64,000 bases of DNA from Candidatus Subterrananammoxibius californiae. GTDB lineage: Bacteria > Planctomycetota > Brocadiia > Brocadiales > Subterrananammoxibiaceae. A program made the translations under genes and the position numbers. The DNA is taken from assembly GCA_030586555.1 (NCBI GenBank), contig JAURAC010000004.1, forward strand, positions 69,056 to 133,055, in the 5' to 3' direction. Positions 19,634 through 30,108 of this stretch are shown one piece after another; position 1 is the stretch's first letter; each line of letters opens with the position of its first letter. The notes beneath the pieces were generated by a model. The model made no database searches. It saw only the letters and a list, made by a program, of their open reading frames with translations, and had not been told where the DNA came from.

Positions 19634-20417
19634 GTCTCCCGTATTTATCTAAAAATCTTTTAAGGTCTTCCTCCGTATCAACTCCCCTGCATTCAAAAGT
19701 CGTAATACTCACCTTTATCTTATAGCCATTTGACAGGGCGCGAAGCTGTTCAAGCCTTTCAATTTCCTCAAGAGGAGAAGGGGGAAGCTTTGTATATTTT
19801 AGCAAAAAATCCCGCCTATACGCATATACACCAATATGTCTAAAAAAGCGATGCGCCATGAGCGATGAGCCATGAGCTAAATATGGAATAGGCGCCCTTG
19901 AAAAATAGAGTGCATAATCCTTGTTATCAATTACAACCTTTACCACGTTCGGGTCAAGAAGTTCATCCACTGTTTTTATTTCGTTGGCAAGCGTAGCCAT
20001 AACAGCTTCCTTATCCTTAGAAAGGGCCGAAATAAGGTCTTTAATCATCTCGGGATGAATTTCGGGCTCATCCCCCTGAACATTAACAATTATATCCTCG
20101 TCCCGATGAGCCGCTACCTCCGCAATGCGGTCAGTGCCAGATTGATGAGCAGTAGATGTCATCTCGACATTGTCACAAAAGCCCTTAACCACATCGAATA
20201 TGCGCTCATCATCCGTTGCGATAATAGGTAAGCTCATCACAGTACTTGCCCCTGCAGGCTCTTCATCACCCGCTGCAATGCGTTGCGCTTCTACTACCTT
20301 TTCATAAACATGCTCTATAATGTATTTCCCCGTAACCCGTTTCGCCTCGGGGTGAATAAGTTTACCAGGCAGCCTCGTAGAGCCATACCTTGCAGGTATA
20401 ATGACAACTGCTCTCAT
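19614..20417 (-). CDS. kdsB: 3-deoxy-manno-octulosonate cytidylyltransferase
   Basis: IIPARYGSTRLPGK, SGTDRI, VNVQGDEP, YFSRAPIP, ERLEQLR. Confidence 0.95.
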
Positions 20418-20494
20418 AAGAACTTATGCTAACAATTATTAAATACAATGTCAACTGCAACTTTCTGTGTACAAAATTATAATTTTTTGCTGCA

Positions 20495-21091
20495 TTATAT
20501 TTTTTCAAGCATTTCCTGGAGGAGGTCCAAGGGTAAGCCTACGACGTTAGAAAAACTGCCTTCGATTTCTTCAACAAATTTGTCGTTGTCTTCCTGGATT
20601 GCATACGCCCCTGCCTTTCCCATAGAACCCCCAGAATCAACGTATTCTTCTATCTCCGCCTTAGAAATACGGCGCATTTGCACAAATGTTTCCCTATGCC
20701 CTTGCAGTTTCCTTCCCGTAACAGTGTCAATTATACAGATGCCGGTAAAAACGGAATGGCGGGTGCTGCTAAGCTGTGTAAGTATATGAATTGCCTCTGC
20801 CCTGTCCTTGGGTTTTCCGATTATATTTCCATTACACAAAACGAGGGTATCTGCCCCTATTATGATGGCTCGCCCAAAAGATGGCGAGTCTTCGATATTT
20901 TTTAATCTCGAAGCAACGGATTTTGCTTTAAGAGATGCAAGGTATTCGACTATTTCAGCAGGGGAAAGGTTGGGAGGAATTTCTTCGTCTATTTTAGGTG
21001 GGATAACTTTAAATTGGAACCCCAGCGATTTAAGGAGTTCTTTTCTCCTTGGGGAAGCGGAGGCAAGTACTATCTGTCTTCCCTTGTACAT
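20495..21091 (-). CDS. maf: Maf-family nucleoside triphosphate pyrophosphatase
   Basis: LASASPRRKELL, IGADTLV, GKAGAYAIQ, NVVGLP. Confidence 0.94.
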   Translation of the reverse strand: MYKGRQIVLASASPRRKELLKSLGFQFKVIPPKIDEEIPPNLSPAEIVEYLASLKAKSVASRLKNIEDSPSFGRAIIIGADTLVLCNGNIIGKPKDRAEAIHILTQLSSTRHSVFTGICIIDTVTGRKLQGHRETFVQMRRISKAEIEEYVDSGGSMGKAGAYAIQEDNDKFVEEIEGSFSNVVGLPLDLLQEMLEKI

Positions 21092-21127
21092 GGCTACTCA
21101 GCTATTAAAAAAATTGGGTTTGATAAA

Positions 21128-21550
21128 TCAAACCCCTACATTCTTTAGTGCGCTTATAATATCCGTCTGCATCCTTGCCATCTCGTCTCCACGATACTTC
21201 TTCTGTCTCCAACCGAATGAGAAGTCATCGTGAGTATGGCGTGGAATTATGTGAAAGTGGAGATGGGGAACGGTCTGACCAGCACAGGGTCCATTAGTTT
21301 GAAAGACATTAAGACCGTCAGCCTTCGTAGCAGCCATTACTGCCCTTGCTATTGATGGAAGGATTTTTGTCACCCTGCCAAGTTCAACCCCTGGGATATC
21401 AAGCAATAGCTCATAATGCCTCTTTGGCACTACTAATGTGTGTCCAAAGTTAACAGGGTTTATATCAAGAAATGAAATTACATCGCTGTCTTCAAAAATC
21501 CTGGCGGCTGGTAATTCTCTGTTTATAATTCTGCAAAAGATGCAATCCAC
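21128..21550 (-). CDS. HIT-family hydrolase
   Basis: CIFCRII, GHTLVVPK, QTVPHLHFHIIPR. Confidence 0.93.
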   Translation of the reverse strand: MDCIFCRIINRELPAARIFEDSDVISFLDINPVNFGHTLVVPKRHYELLLDIPGVELGRVTKILPSIARAVMAATKADGLNVFQTNGPCAGQTVPHLHFHIIPRHTHDDFSFGWRQKKYRGDEMARMQTDIISALKNVGV

Positions 21551-21557
21551 GTTTTAT

Positions 21558-21587
21558 GCACGGACAAACAAGTTTGTCCATGCCACC
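21558..21587 (+). repeat. Family A 30-bp palindromic repeat
   Basis: Exact match to 63491-63520. Confidence 0.92.
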
Positions 21588-21596
21588 CTTAACGAA

Positions 21597-22187
21597 TTAC
21601 GCTTGTTTCTTTTCTTCTCCTGTCGAAACCTTTGGTTTCACTTCGGCTTCTACTCCCGCTTTGGCGGATTCCTCGGTGGGGCTTTCTACTAACTCGAAGA
21701 TAACCCGTTGTGCATTATCGCCGAGACGGTTCCCTATCATGCGGAGCTTTCGTTCTTTACCTTCCATCTTATATTCGAGTGCAGGAATCTCCCCAACGGT
21801 GCTACCCGTAAGGACGCCGAGCCTTGTTCCAAAGAGTCGTAATATTCGTGTATAACCCCCGTTTCTGGTAAGATACCGCCTTGCAACTCCGCCGCTTTCG
21901 CGCCAGTTACCCTCTCCAAAGAGTTTTTTTACAACCTCCTTGTTCTGTAAACTTGAAAGCACTTGTCTGTAATAGTGCACGTATGCTGGAGGGTCTGTTT
22001 CCTTTTTAGCTAAGCCCTTTTTTGCAAGTGTGATTATCTTTTCGGCGAAACTCCTCACTTCCTTAGCCTTTTGAAGTGTCGTGATTATTCTGCCATAATT
22101 AAGCAAGCTATTAACGAGATTACGTCTCAACGCTTCTCTGTGACTCGAAGTTCTCGATAGATGTCTGCCTCTCTTTCTGTGGCGCAT
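21597..22187 (-). CDS. rplQ: 50S ribosomal protein L17 (extended)
   Basis: MRHRKRGRHLSRTSSHR, RNGGYTRI, RLGDNA. Confidence 0.95.
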   Translation of the reverse strand: MRHRKRGRHLSRTSSHREALRRNLVNSLLNYGRIITTLQKAKEVRSFAEKIITLAKKGLAKKETDPPAYVHYYRQVLSSLQNKEVVKKLFGEGNWRESGGVARRYLTRNGGYTRILRLFGTRLGVLTGSTVGEIPALEYKMEGKERKLRMIGNRLGDNAQRVIFELVESPTEESAKAGVEAEVKPKVSTGEEKKQA

Positions 22188-22203
22188 CTTAGACCTTCCC
22201 TTC

Positions 22204-23202
22204 CTATCCTACTTTTGAAGTTGTGGCAAAGGATAAAGACCTCTGTGCAAGCTTCTTCTTGACCTCTTTTAACGTTGTCTTGCCGAAATTCCTTATTTCA
22301 AGTAATTCTTCTTCGGTTAGTGAGATAAGGTCGCCGATAGTCTTTATATTGGCAGCATCCAGACAGTTGGATGCGCGCACAGAGAGGTCAAGTTCTGAAA
22401 CAGGCAAGTCAATTTTCGGGTCTGGCTCCTTAGCCAAAACCTTTGCCTTTACTGGCTCAATAGCCGGTTTTATTTCTGCCTTCGGTAGTTCACGGCCTAT
22501 CTCAAAGTATTGTACAAATGGATTTAAGTGTTTGCGGAGGATTTTAGCAGCCTCAACCAGTGCCATTTCCGGGGTTACAATTCCATTAGTCCATATCTCC
22601 ATTATTAACCTGTCATAATTTGTTCTACGGCCAACCCTGGCATCCTCGGTTTTAAGGCTTACCTTCCGAACGGGAGAAAATATTGAATCAATAGGAATCC
22701 TCCCTATTTCTTGCTCCTCAGATTCGTTTTCTTCTGCTGTTATATACCCCCTGCCCTTTCTTACATTCATCTCTACCTTAAAATCGGTTTCCTCCGATAG
22801 GGTTGCAATGTGGAGGTCGCCATTAAGTATTTCAATGTTGCCATCGGTAATGATGTCCTTCGCTTTTATTTCTCCTTTTTTATGAGCCTCTATCTTTATC
22901 GTCGTCTCTTTGTCTGCATGTGACTTTACCACCAAATTTTTAATATTAAGTATTACATCGGTAACATCTTCAACTACGCCTGGAATTGTACTGAACTCGT
23001 GTTTTATCTTATCAATCTTTACCGATACTACTGCACTACCCTCCAGAGAAGAAAGCAATACCCTTCTTAAACCGTTTCCAATCGTAACACCGTAACCACG
23101 TTCAAATGGCTCTGCGATGAACTTTCCATATATATTAGTTAACGTCTCCCGTTCAACTGTAATCCTTGATGGAAGTTCGAACCCTCTCCACCTAATTCGC
23201 AT
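22204..23202 (-). CDS. rpoA: RNA polymerase alpha subunit
   Basis: EPFERGYGVTIGNGLRRVLLSS, LSVRASNCL, NFGKTTL. Confidence 0.98.
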   Translation of the reverse strand: MRIRWRGFELPSRITVERETLTNIYGKFIAEPFERGYGVTIGNGLRRVLLSSLEGSAVVSVKIDKIKHEFSTIPGVVEDVTDVILNIKNLVVKSHADKETTIKIEAHKKGEIKAKDIITDGNIEILNGDLHIATLSEETDFKVEMNVRKGRGYITAEENESEEQEIGRIPIDSIFSPVRKVSLKTEDARVGRRTNYDRLIMEIWTNGIVTPEMALVEAAKILRKHLNPFVQYFEIGRELPKAEIKPAIEPVKAKVLAKEPDPKIDLPVSELDLSVRASNCLDAANIKTIGDLISLTEEELLEIRNFGKTTLKEVKKKLAQRSLSFATTSKVG

Positions 23203-23306
23203 AAGCTGGCCTCCCCCCTCATCTGTCGATAAGGGATGTCACAACAAAATTAATTTTATATGTTAATCTGCCCATTCCTGCAAGTTTTCTATAACGAGCT
23301 TCTTCT

Positions 23307-23321
23307 TCCGCCTGAGGCGGA
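23307..23321. repeat. Family B 15-bp palindrome TCCGCCTNAGGCGGA
   Basis: Further copies at 26273, 30080, 32723, 51378 and 52098. Confidence 0.85.
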
Positions 23322-23366
23322 CTCAGAATGGCAAGTCTTAAGAGGAATAGAATTTGTAAACAACCC

Positions 23367-23993
23367 CTACTTGGAACAATGTTCTACAATTAGTTGTTCT
23401 TGCGTTTCAATAGAAACGTCTTCCCTTGTTGGGAGTTGCATTACACGACCTTCAAGTGCATCCTCATTTAAATCAAGCCATGACGGTCTGCTCCGTCCTT
23501 TGCTTGATTCTACGTGGGTTTTTATAAGGTTAATAGTAGCTTCCTTATTAACAGGCTTAATGACATCTCCCACCTTTACTATATAGGATGGCACGTTCAC
23601 TTTCCTATCGTTTACCATAATATGGCCATGACGAATAACCTGGCGTGCATGCTTGCGTGAAAGTCCAAATGTCAGGTGATATACAATGTTATCAAGCCTT
23701 CTTTCCAATAAAAACAGAAGGGTTTCCCCCGTGTTGCCTTTCTTCTGTTCGGCAGCGTTAAAGTAGGTACGAAACTGCCTTTCTAAAACGCCGTAAAATC
23801 TCTTTACCCTTTGTTTTTCCCTGAACTGGGTACCGTATTTTGATAGTTTTGTACCTTTCCATGATTGCATACCGGGAGGAAATTTCCTCCTGGTAACAGC
23901 ACATTTTACAGTATGACACCTGATACCTTTAAGATATAACTTAACTCCTTCCCTTCTGCATATCCTGCACGACGCACCTAAGGTTCTTGCCAT
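23367..23993 (-). CDS. rpsD: 30S ribosomal protein S4
   Basis: CRICRREG, LERRLDN, ARQVIRHGH. Confidence 0.98.
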   Translation of the reverse strand: MARTLGASCRICRREGVKLYLKGIRCHTVKCAVTRRKFPPGMQSWKGTKLSKYGTQFREKQRVKRFYGVLERQFRTYFNAAEQKKGNTGETLLFLLERRLDNIVYHLTFGLSRKHARQVIRHGHIMVNDRKVNVPSYIVKVGDVIKPVNKEATINLIKTHVESSKGRSRPSWLDLNEDALEGRVMQLPTREDVSIETQEQLIVEHCSK

Positions 23994-24046
23994 TATTGTC
24001 TTTCCTTTGAATGATTGTTCTATACAGTAACTTTAACCACTTAATA

Positions 24047-24076
24047 GCACGGACAAGCGAGTTTGTCCATGCCACC
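24047..24076 (+). repeat. Family A 30-bp palindromic repeat
   Basis: GCACGGACAAGCGAGTTTGTCCATGCCACC, 2 mismatches to consensus. Confidence 0.9.
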
Positions 24077-24082
24077 AAAACT

Positions 24083-24466
24083 TCATACACGCCTTCTTTT
24101 TCGTGGTCTGCAGCCATTATGAGGAAGTGGCGTTACATCCTCAATAGCTTTAACGTCAAGCCCTGCCGCCTGAAGCGCTGTTATTGCAGATTCCCTGCCG
24201 GAACCAGGTCCTTTGACCTTTATTTCAACCTCCCTGACACCAAGTTTCTGCGCCTTCTCGGCTGCGCTGGTCGCCGCACGCTGTGCGGCAAAGGGGGTGC
24301 TTTTGCGTGAGCCTTTGAAGCCTACCGTTCCAGCGCTTGCCCAGCAAATTGTTTCTCCAGCCAGGTCGGTAATAGTAATGTAAGTATTATTGAAGGTAGC
24401 TTTAATATTGGCAATAGCCTTTGCTACGTTACGTTTGACTTTTTTCTTGTGAACAGCATTTGTCAT
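24083..24466 (-). CDS. rpsK: 30S ribosomal protein S11
   Basis: [26 protein letters not shown]. Confidence 0.98.
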   Translation of the reverse strand: MTNAVHKKKVKRNVAKAIANIKATFNNTYITITDLAGETICWASAGTVGFKGSRKSTPFAAQRAATSAAEKAQKLGVREVEIKVKGPGSGRESAITALQAAGLDVKAIEDVTPLPHNGCRPRKRRRV

Positions 24467-24492
24467 TAGAGTATTCAGCCTCCCTTCGCTTA

Positions 24493-25344
24493 TTAATTTA
24501 ATTCCCTGGAAAGTTCAGGGAAAAAGTCCTGTAGCTTAAAACGTGTCTTAAAGATTTTACTGAGTTCTAAATACTGCTTCATTCCTCTTTTACCCCTGCC
24601 TTTTGTTTTTCTGGCAGAGATTAAGATATTCTTGGGGCTCAACTTGGGAGGTACAACCTCCATAAGCTCTACATGATAGCCAGCGCCAACAAGAAATTGT
24701 GATCTGAGCGCCTCTGTTAAGATATCTGCAAACCTATAGCGTAATACACCAAATTCCGTCAAGCTTATCAAGGGATGAGAAAATCTAAGTTGGCTACGAA
24801 TCTGGTTCTGGCAGCAAGGAACTACCATAATATACTTTGCGCCTAATTTAATTCCCTTGGCTATTGCCTCATCTGTGGCAGTATCGCAGGCATGCAATGC
24901 AATGACAACGTCTACCTTCCCCTGATAAAGACCTTCAGGGACAGTCCCATCGGGCTGAAAGTTTATGGTTCGTCCATGCACAAATTGCATGTTTTTGTAA
25001 CCAAGCGCAGAACTAATTTGTTCACATTTCTCTACAAGTGACTTATTAATATCTACCCCAAAAAAGAAAGTCCTGGTTTTGTATGTATTACTGATAATAT
25101 GATTAAGCACAAATGACAAATAGGACTTTCCACACGAGCATTCAAGGAATACCGTGTTGTCGCCCCTTAAAAGGGTGTCTGCTGCTTTCAGTATCTGTTC
25201 TGCAAAGCCCACTACCTCGCCAAATTTTTTTAGCTTTCTCCTGTCAACCGAACCGTCTGGTCCGTCTAACCCAATATGGTGAATAAAATTCTTAGATGAA
25301 GTTAATATCTCCGTCACGGTATCTTTATCAAGCATAATTCTCAC
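24493..25344 (-). CDS. Class I SAM-dependent methyltransferase (Methyltransf_32-like)
   Basis: [44 protein letters not shown]. Confidence 0.85.
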   Translation of the reverse strand: MRIMLDKDTVTEILTSSKNFIHHIGLDGPDGSVDRRKLKKFGEVVGFAEQILKAADTLLRGDNTVFLECSCGKSYLSFVLNHIISNTYKTRTFFFGVDINKSLVEKCEQISSALGYKNMQFVHGRTINFQPDGTVPEGLYQGKVDVVIALHACDTATDEAIAKGIKLGAKYIMVVPCCQNQIRSQLRFSHPLISLTEFGVLRYRFADILTEALRSQFLVGAGYHVELMEVVPPKLSPKNILISARKTKGRGKRGMKQYLELSKIFKTRFKLQDFFPELSRELN

Positions 25345-25380
25345 GATAAGAAAGTAAAGTCTGCCGAGGCAGACATGGGC

Positions 25381-25764
25381 TTACCCGATTTCTTTTACGC
25401 CCTTCTTTCCTGCAACGGTCTTTCTTCTGCCTTTCCTTGTTCGTGCATTGGTCCTTGTTCTTTGACCTCTAACAGGAAGACCCACTCTGTGGCGAACGCC
25501 TCTGTAACAAGCGATATTCTTTAGACGTGCAATGTTCTGTGCCTCCTGCCTGCGCAATTGTCCTTCAGTTATGTAATTCTTCTCGATATGCGAACCTAAG
25601 GCGCTAAGTTGTTCTTCGGTCAGGTCCTTTACACGCATATTTTCGTCTATACCGAGGGTTTTAAGAATATTTTGAGATAGCGCTGACCCTATTCCATAAA
25701 TGTAGGTCAGGGCAACCACAGTCCGTTTGTCAGTGGGAATATCAACTCCAGCAATCCTTGGCAT
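25381..25764 (-). CDS. rpsM: 30S ribosomal protein S13
   Basis: [28 protein letters not shown]. Confidence 0.98.
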   Translation of the reverse strand: MPRIAGVDIPTDKRTVVALTYIYGIGSALSQNILKTLGIDENMRVKDLTEEQLSALGSHIEKNYITEGQLRRQEAQNIARLKNIACYRGVRHRVGLPVRGQRTRTNARTRKGRRKTVAGKKGVKEIG

Positions 25765-25779
25765 TTAAACCTCCTTACC

Positions 25780-25830
25780 AACCCCCTCGCTTACCCTCCC
25801 CCTTTAAGGGAGAGGGGAGGGTGGGGGTGA
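25780..25830. repeat. Family D C/G-rich palindromic element between rpmJ and rpsM
   Basis: ACCCCC..CCCTCCCCCTTTAAGGGAGAGGGGAGGGTGGGGGT. Confidence 0.65.
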
Positions 25831-25947
25831 TTAGCTACCCTGTCTTTGCTTATGTCTGGGGTTTGTGCATATTACACGGACAACGTTTTTCCGCCTGATG
25901 ATCTTGCAATGTTCACAAATCCGTTTTACAGAAGACCTGACTTTCAT
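25831..25947 (-). CDS. rpmJ: 50S ribosomal protein L36
   Basis: Manual translation [38 protein letters not shown]. Confidence 0.97.
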   Translation of the reverse strand: MKVRSSVKRICEHCKIIRRKNVVRVICTNPRHKQRQGS

Positions 25948-25958
25948 GTTTCACCTAT

Positions 25959-26177
25959 TTAAACCTGTCTGTAAATTATCCTTCCTTTATTTAGGTCGTA
26001 AGGAGACATTTCGATTGTTACTTTGTCCCCCGGTAGGATTCTAATGAAATTCATTCTCATCTTGCCTGATACATGTGCAAGCACCTGGTGCCCGTTTGCC
26101 AGTTCTACGCGAAACATCGCATTAGGCAACGCCTCTTTTACAGTCGCTTCTACACGAATCGGCTCCTCTTTAGCCAC
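25959..26177 (-). CDS. infA: Translation initiation factor IF-1
   Basis: [27 protein letters not shown]. Confidence 0.98.
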   Translation of the reverse strand: MAKEEPIRVEATVKEALPNAMFRVELANGHQVLAHVSGKMRMNFIRILPGDKVTIEMSPYDLNKGRIIYRQV

Positions 26178-26287
26178 ATAAACTCCTCTAAAAACCTCAT
26201 ATCATCCACCGTTTTTCCTTTGTGGATTTAAAATACTTAGCTCTATATTGTAAGAACATTTTGAAAAACCAATCCGTCTCTGGCGGA

Positions 26288-27040
26288 CTATTTTGTCAGT
26301 ATTTCAGCGCTGTTATTGGTAACAACTACTGTATGTTCAAAATGGGCGGATGGTTTTCTATCCTTTGTTACCACCGTCCATTTATTAGGTAACACCTCAG
26401 TATCTGGCTTTCCAAGACATATCATAGGTTCTATAGCGAGGGTTGTTCCTGGCATTAGTATCTCATCTGCTTCTAATAGTGCCTTGCTAACAAAATTTGG
26501 AACCTGTGGGTCCTCATGCATTTTCCTACCTATGCCGTGCCCTGTATACTCCCTGATTACGGAAAATCCATTAAATTCTACAAAATCCTGAATTGCCCGA
26601 GAAACTTCCGATAACTTAACATCTGCATGCAAGGCTTTGATAGCCAAATGGAGCGCTTCTTCACAAACCTCTACTAACTTTTTTACTTCGTCAGAAATTT
26701 CACCAATTGGAATGGTTATAGCTGCATCTGCGACATATTTGTGATATTCTACACCAATATCCACACCGATTATATCACCATTGTGGAGCTTTCTATGTCC
26801 CGGAATTCCGTGTACGACCTCTTCATTTATTGATGTACATATGCTCTTGGGGTAACCTCTATACCCTTTAAATACCGGTATGCCGCCTCTTTCCTGTACA
26901 TACTTCTCTAATTCATCATTTAGAAAATCTGTAGTCACGCCCTTTTTTGCTATCCTTTTTGCCAGATTCAAAGCACCTGCAACAAGTTCCCCTGCCTTGC
27001 GCATAAGTTCAATCTCACGAGTAGATTTCCGAATTATCAC
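26288..27040 (-). CDS. map: Methionine aminopeptidase type I
   Basis: SINEEVVHGIP, GHGIG..MHEDP, AIEPM, SAHFEHT; GTG start at 27040 with GAGGAG SD. Confidence 0.95.
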   Translation of the reverse strand: MIIRKSTREIELMRKAGELVAGALNLAKRIAKKGVTTDFLNDELEKYVQERGGIPVFKGYRGYPKSICTSINEEVVHGIPGHRKLHNGDIIGVDIGVEYHKYVADAAITIPIGEISDEVKKLVEVCEEALHLAIKALHADVKLSEVSRAIQDFVEFNGFSVIREYTGHGIGRKMHEDPQVPNFVSKALLEADEILMPGTTLAIEPMICLGKPDTEVLPNKWTVVTKDRKPSAHFEHTVVVTNNSAEILTK

Positions 27041-27725
27041 CCAAAAAACTCTCCTCTTTATGTCTACGGTGATGCTTTGGAATTGTCTCAAGGACTTTTG
27101 TAATCATCCTATAAGTCTTATCTACATCCCAATCGCCTTTGACTTCTTTTAGTACTTTATTTCGTTTATAATAATCTATAAGACCTTCTGTTTGTTCTTT
27201 ATAAACGCGCAATCTTTTCGCTATGGTTTCAGGTTTATCATCCGTACGTTGATAAAGCTGACCGCCACACTTATCACATATTCCTTCTTTTAAAGGCGGA
27301 ATATACTGAACATGATAGTTTGCTCCGCACGTCTTGCAAGTTCTTCTGCCAGAAAGGCGCTGGATAGCAGTATCCTCAGATACTGCGAAATAAAAAACCA
27401 CGTCTAACCTTTCTCCAATATTTCGGAGTGTTTCGTCGAGCGCCTTGGCTTGAACAAGCGTCCTTGGAAAACCATCGAGAACGAACCCATGCTTATGGTC
27501 ATCTGAGGAGATTCTCTCCGCTATAATGTTGAGCACTACGTCATCTGGCACCAAAAGGCCCTTTTCCATGTACTCCTTTGCACTTACCCCTGTACTGGTG
27601 CCATCCTTTACAGCCTGTCTCAATAGGTCTCCTGTAGAAATATGGAGGAGACCTTTTGTATTACTGATAGTCTCTGCCTGGGTTCCCTTTCCTGCCCCCG
27701 GTGGGCCAAGAAAAACTATGTTCAT
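27015..27725 (-). CDS. adk: Adenylate kinase (Zn-lid type)
   Basis: GPPGAGKGTQ, LDGFPRT, CKTC...CDKC lid. Confidence 0.97.
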   Translation of the reverse strand: MNIVFLGPPGAGKGTQAETISNTKGLLHISTGDLLRQAVKDGTSTGVSAKEYMEKGLLVPDDVVLNIIAERISSDDHKHGFVLDGFPRTLVQAKALDETLRNIGERLDVVFYFAVSEDTAIQRLSGRRTCKTCGANYHVQYIPPLKEGICDKCGGQLYQRTDDKPETIAKRLRVYKEQTEGLIDYYKRNKVLKEVKGDWDVDKTYRMITKVLETIPKHHRRHKEESFLGDNSEIYS

Positions 27726-29104
27726 CCGTGACGTCCTCTTATCCTACCGCTTCCACCTAAGAAGCCGCCGTAATGTCTCATAAGTAAGTGCGCTTCAACC
27801 TTCTGAATCAGGTCTAACGCTACACCTACAACTATTAACAAGCCTGTGCCGCCATAAAAGCCTGCTATTGCTCCGGAGAGTCCAAATCCACCGGATATTA
27901 AATTGGGCATAATGGCAATGATTGCCAGAAATGCTGCCCCTGCCATGGTAATTTTACCCATTATGCTTTCAAGGTATTCAGCAGTTCGCCACCCGGGACG
28001 AATCCCGGGGATAAAGCTTCCGTAGTCCTTCATGTTATTTGACATCTCTTTAGGGTTGAACTGTATCGCCGTCCAGAAATAACAGAAAAAGGCAATCAAG
28101 AAGATATACATAATGATATAGACGAATCCCCCTTGAAACGCATCTGCAAGGCGCGAGGTTAACCCGTAACCAAATGTTCCCGGTTCGAGCCTGACCTGTA
28201 TGCCCTGCATTATGGCTGCTGGGAAGATTAACAGTGACTGGGCAAATATAATAGGCATAACACCTGCCTGATTTACCCTCAACGGAAGAAAGTGTTTTTG
28301 TCCACCATACACCTTGCGTCCACGGGTATGTTTTGCCTGTTGTACAGGGATGCGCCTTTGCCCCTGAGTGATATAAACCACTCCACCAACTATACCAAAG
28401 AACATGGCTGCCAATATTAATACTTTTACTATCCCAATCTCGTGTTCAGCCGGTGTTACTGAGAAGGTAAAATTCTGGATAATCTGGCTGAATGCCCAGG
28501 GCAACCTATCTATTATTCCTACCATTATAATAAGGGATATCCCACTGCCTATTCCATGCTCGTCAATCTGTTCACCCAACCACATAAGTACCATGGTGCC
28601 TGTAGTTAGCAAGATTGCCGCCGTTATCTGAAATCCAATACCCTGAAGGTGTAATGGTATAACGGGGACGTTGTTAATTTCAATGGTATAAAGTGTTCGG
28701 GTCATGATAAACGCCTGGAACAAACATAGTCCTGCCGTGGCAATTCTTGTATATTGATTAATCTTCTTGCGGCCAACCTCACCCTCTTTTTGTAACTTTT
28801 CCAAATACGGAACTACCCCTACGAGCAACTGAAAGATAATGGATGCGCTGATATAGGGCATTATTCCAAGCCCGAATATAGCCCCAGAACTCATTGCTCC
28901 ACCAGCAAAAAGGTCAACGAGATTTAATAGCTGTCCAACCCCTTTTTGCGTAAATTGGTTGAAATACTCCTTTAATACCGCGGTATCAATACCAGGGATT
29001 GGTATATATACGCCGATCCTGCATATTGCAATTATGCCGAGGGTAAAAAGGACCTTTCGCCTCAATTCTGGAATTTTAAATATATTGGAAAACTGTTCTA
29101 TCAT
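27722..29104 (-). CDS. secY: Preprotein translocase SecY
   Basis: LGIMPYISASII, WLGEQI, FIPGIRPG, GGTGLLIVVGV. Confidence 0.98.
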   Translation of the reverse strand: MIEQFSNIFKIPELRRKVLFTLGIIAICRIGVYIPIPGIDTAVLKEYFNQFTQKGVGQLLNLVDLFAGGAMSSGAIFGLGIMPYISASIIFQLLVGVVPYLEKLQKEGEVGRKKINQYTRIATAGLCLFQAFIMTRTLYTIEINNVPVIPLHLQGIGFQITAAILLTTGTMVLMWLGEQIDEHGIGSGISLIIMVGIIDRLPWAFSQIIQNFTFSVTPAEHEIGIVKVLILAAMFFGIVGGVVYITQGQRRIPVQQAKHTRGRKVYGGQKHFLPLRVNQAGVMPIIFAQSLLIFPAAIMQGIQVRLEPGTFGYGLTSRLADAFQGGFVYIIMYIFLIAFFCYFWTAIQFNPKEMSNNMKDYGSFIPGIRPGWRTAEYLESIMGKITMAGAAFLAIIAIMPNLISGGFGLSGAIAGFYGGTGLLIVVGVALDLIQKVEAHLLMRHYGGFLGGSGRIRGRHG

Positions 29105-29131
29105 GGTATCTTTCGCTAAAGCTTCAGAATA

Positions 29132-29575
29132 CTATGGAATAATCTTAACCTCGCCGCCGGATGCCTTAATCTTCTCAACGGCTGTTTTACTAAACTTGTG
29201 GGCAACAACGGTCAAAGGCTTTTTTAGTTCCCCATCGCCTAAGACCTTAACACCATCTTTAATGTTCTTTACAATTCCTTTTTCTTGCATCTTTTCTGGG
29301 TCTATGACTGTTCCTTCGTCAAAACATTCGAGGTCTTTTATGTTTACAATATCGTAAAGCTTTTTAAATGGATTATGGAAACCCCTTTTAGGAAGGCGGC
29401 GAAATAAGGGCATTTGCCCACCTTCAAAGTAGGGACGGTACTCTGTTCCCGAACGTGCCGTTGTCCCTTTACCTCCGCGCCCCGAAGTCTTACCATGGCC
29501 AGAGCCGGGACCTGCGCCAACCCTTTTTTTGCGTTTTCGCTTAAATGGCGTTGCTTTGACATCTATCAGATTCAT
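29132..29575 (-). CDS. rplO: 50S ribosomal protein L15
   Basis: GSGHGKTSGRG, FEGGQMPLFRRLPKRGF. Confidence 0.98.
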   Translation of the reverse strand: MNLIDVKATPFKRKRKKRVGAGPGSGHGKTSGRGGKGTTARSGTEYRPYFEGGQMPLFRRLPKRGFHNPFKKLYDIVNIKDLECFDEGTVIDPEKMQEKGIVKNIKDGVKVLGDGELKKPLTVVAHKFSKTAVEKIKASGGEVKIIP

Positions 29576-30063
29576 TCTATCTTGCTTTCTCTTAATTTTT
29601 CTATCTGTTCTCTTGTTCTAAGCATCCTTAAACCATTAATGGTTGCCTTGACAATATTTATTGGATTTCTGCTTCCGTAACATTTTGTCAATATATTTTT
29701 AACGCCAGCAGCTTCAAGGATCGCTCTCACGGTGCCGCCTGCCTTTATACCTGTACCACCTGAAGCAGGTTTCATAAATACCCTGGAGGCGCCATAATGC
29801 CCCCAGACCTCGTGGGGCAATGTGTCTCCACTTCTACCGAATGGTATTTGAATGGTCTGTTTCATTGCATCCTTGACTGCCTTACTAACTGCACTGGGAA
29901 CCTCTCTGGCTTTACCAAATCCATATCCTACAGTTCCCTTGCCGTTCCCTACCGCAACAAGTGCGCTAAAACTAAGGTTTTTTCCTCCTTTCGTTACTGC
30001 AGTACATCTGTTGATACTTATAACTGTCTCTTGAAACTCTGTTTTCTCTTTGTTGAATGCCAA
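29572..30063 (-). CDS. rpsE: 30S ribosomal protein S5
   Basis: VTKGGKNLSFSALV, GKAREVP, GTGIKAGG. Confidence 0.97.
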   Translation of the reverse strand: MAFNKEKTEFQETVISINRCTAVTKGGKNLSFSALVAVGNGKGTVGYGFGKAREVPSAVSKAVKDAMKQTIQIPFGRSGDTLPHEVWGHYGASRVFMKPASGGTGIKAGGTVRAILEAAGVKNILTKCYGSRNPINIVKATINGLRMLRTREQIEKLRESKIE

Positions 30064-30108
30064 AAACCCCTCCTTTTGGTACGCCTTAGGCGGACTGAAA
30101 TCCTGTTA

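Noticed and set aside
21558..21587. Family A repeat as a CRISPR repeat
   Set aside because: Copies are solitary, kilobases apart and in both orientations; no spacers or cas genes.
27015..27091. adk/map overlap suggesting recoding
   Set aside because: With the GTG start at 27040 the overlap is only 26 nt; a simple C-terminal extension of Adk explains it.
29572..29575. No rpmD (L30) between rpsE and rplO
   Set aside because: L30 absence is established for several phyla including PVC members; useful for taxonomy, not novel.
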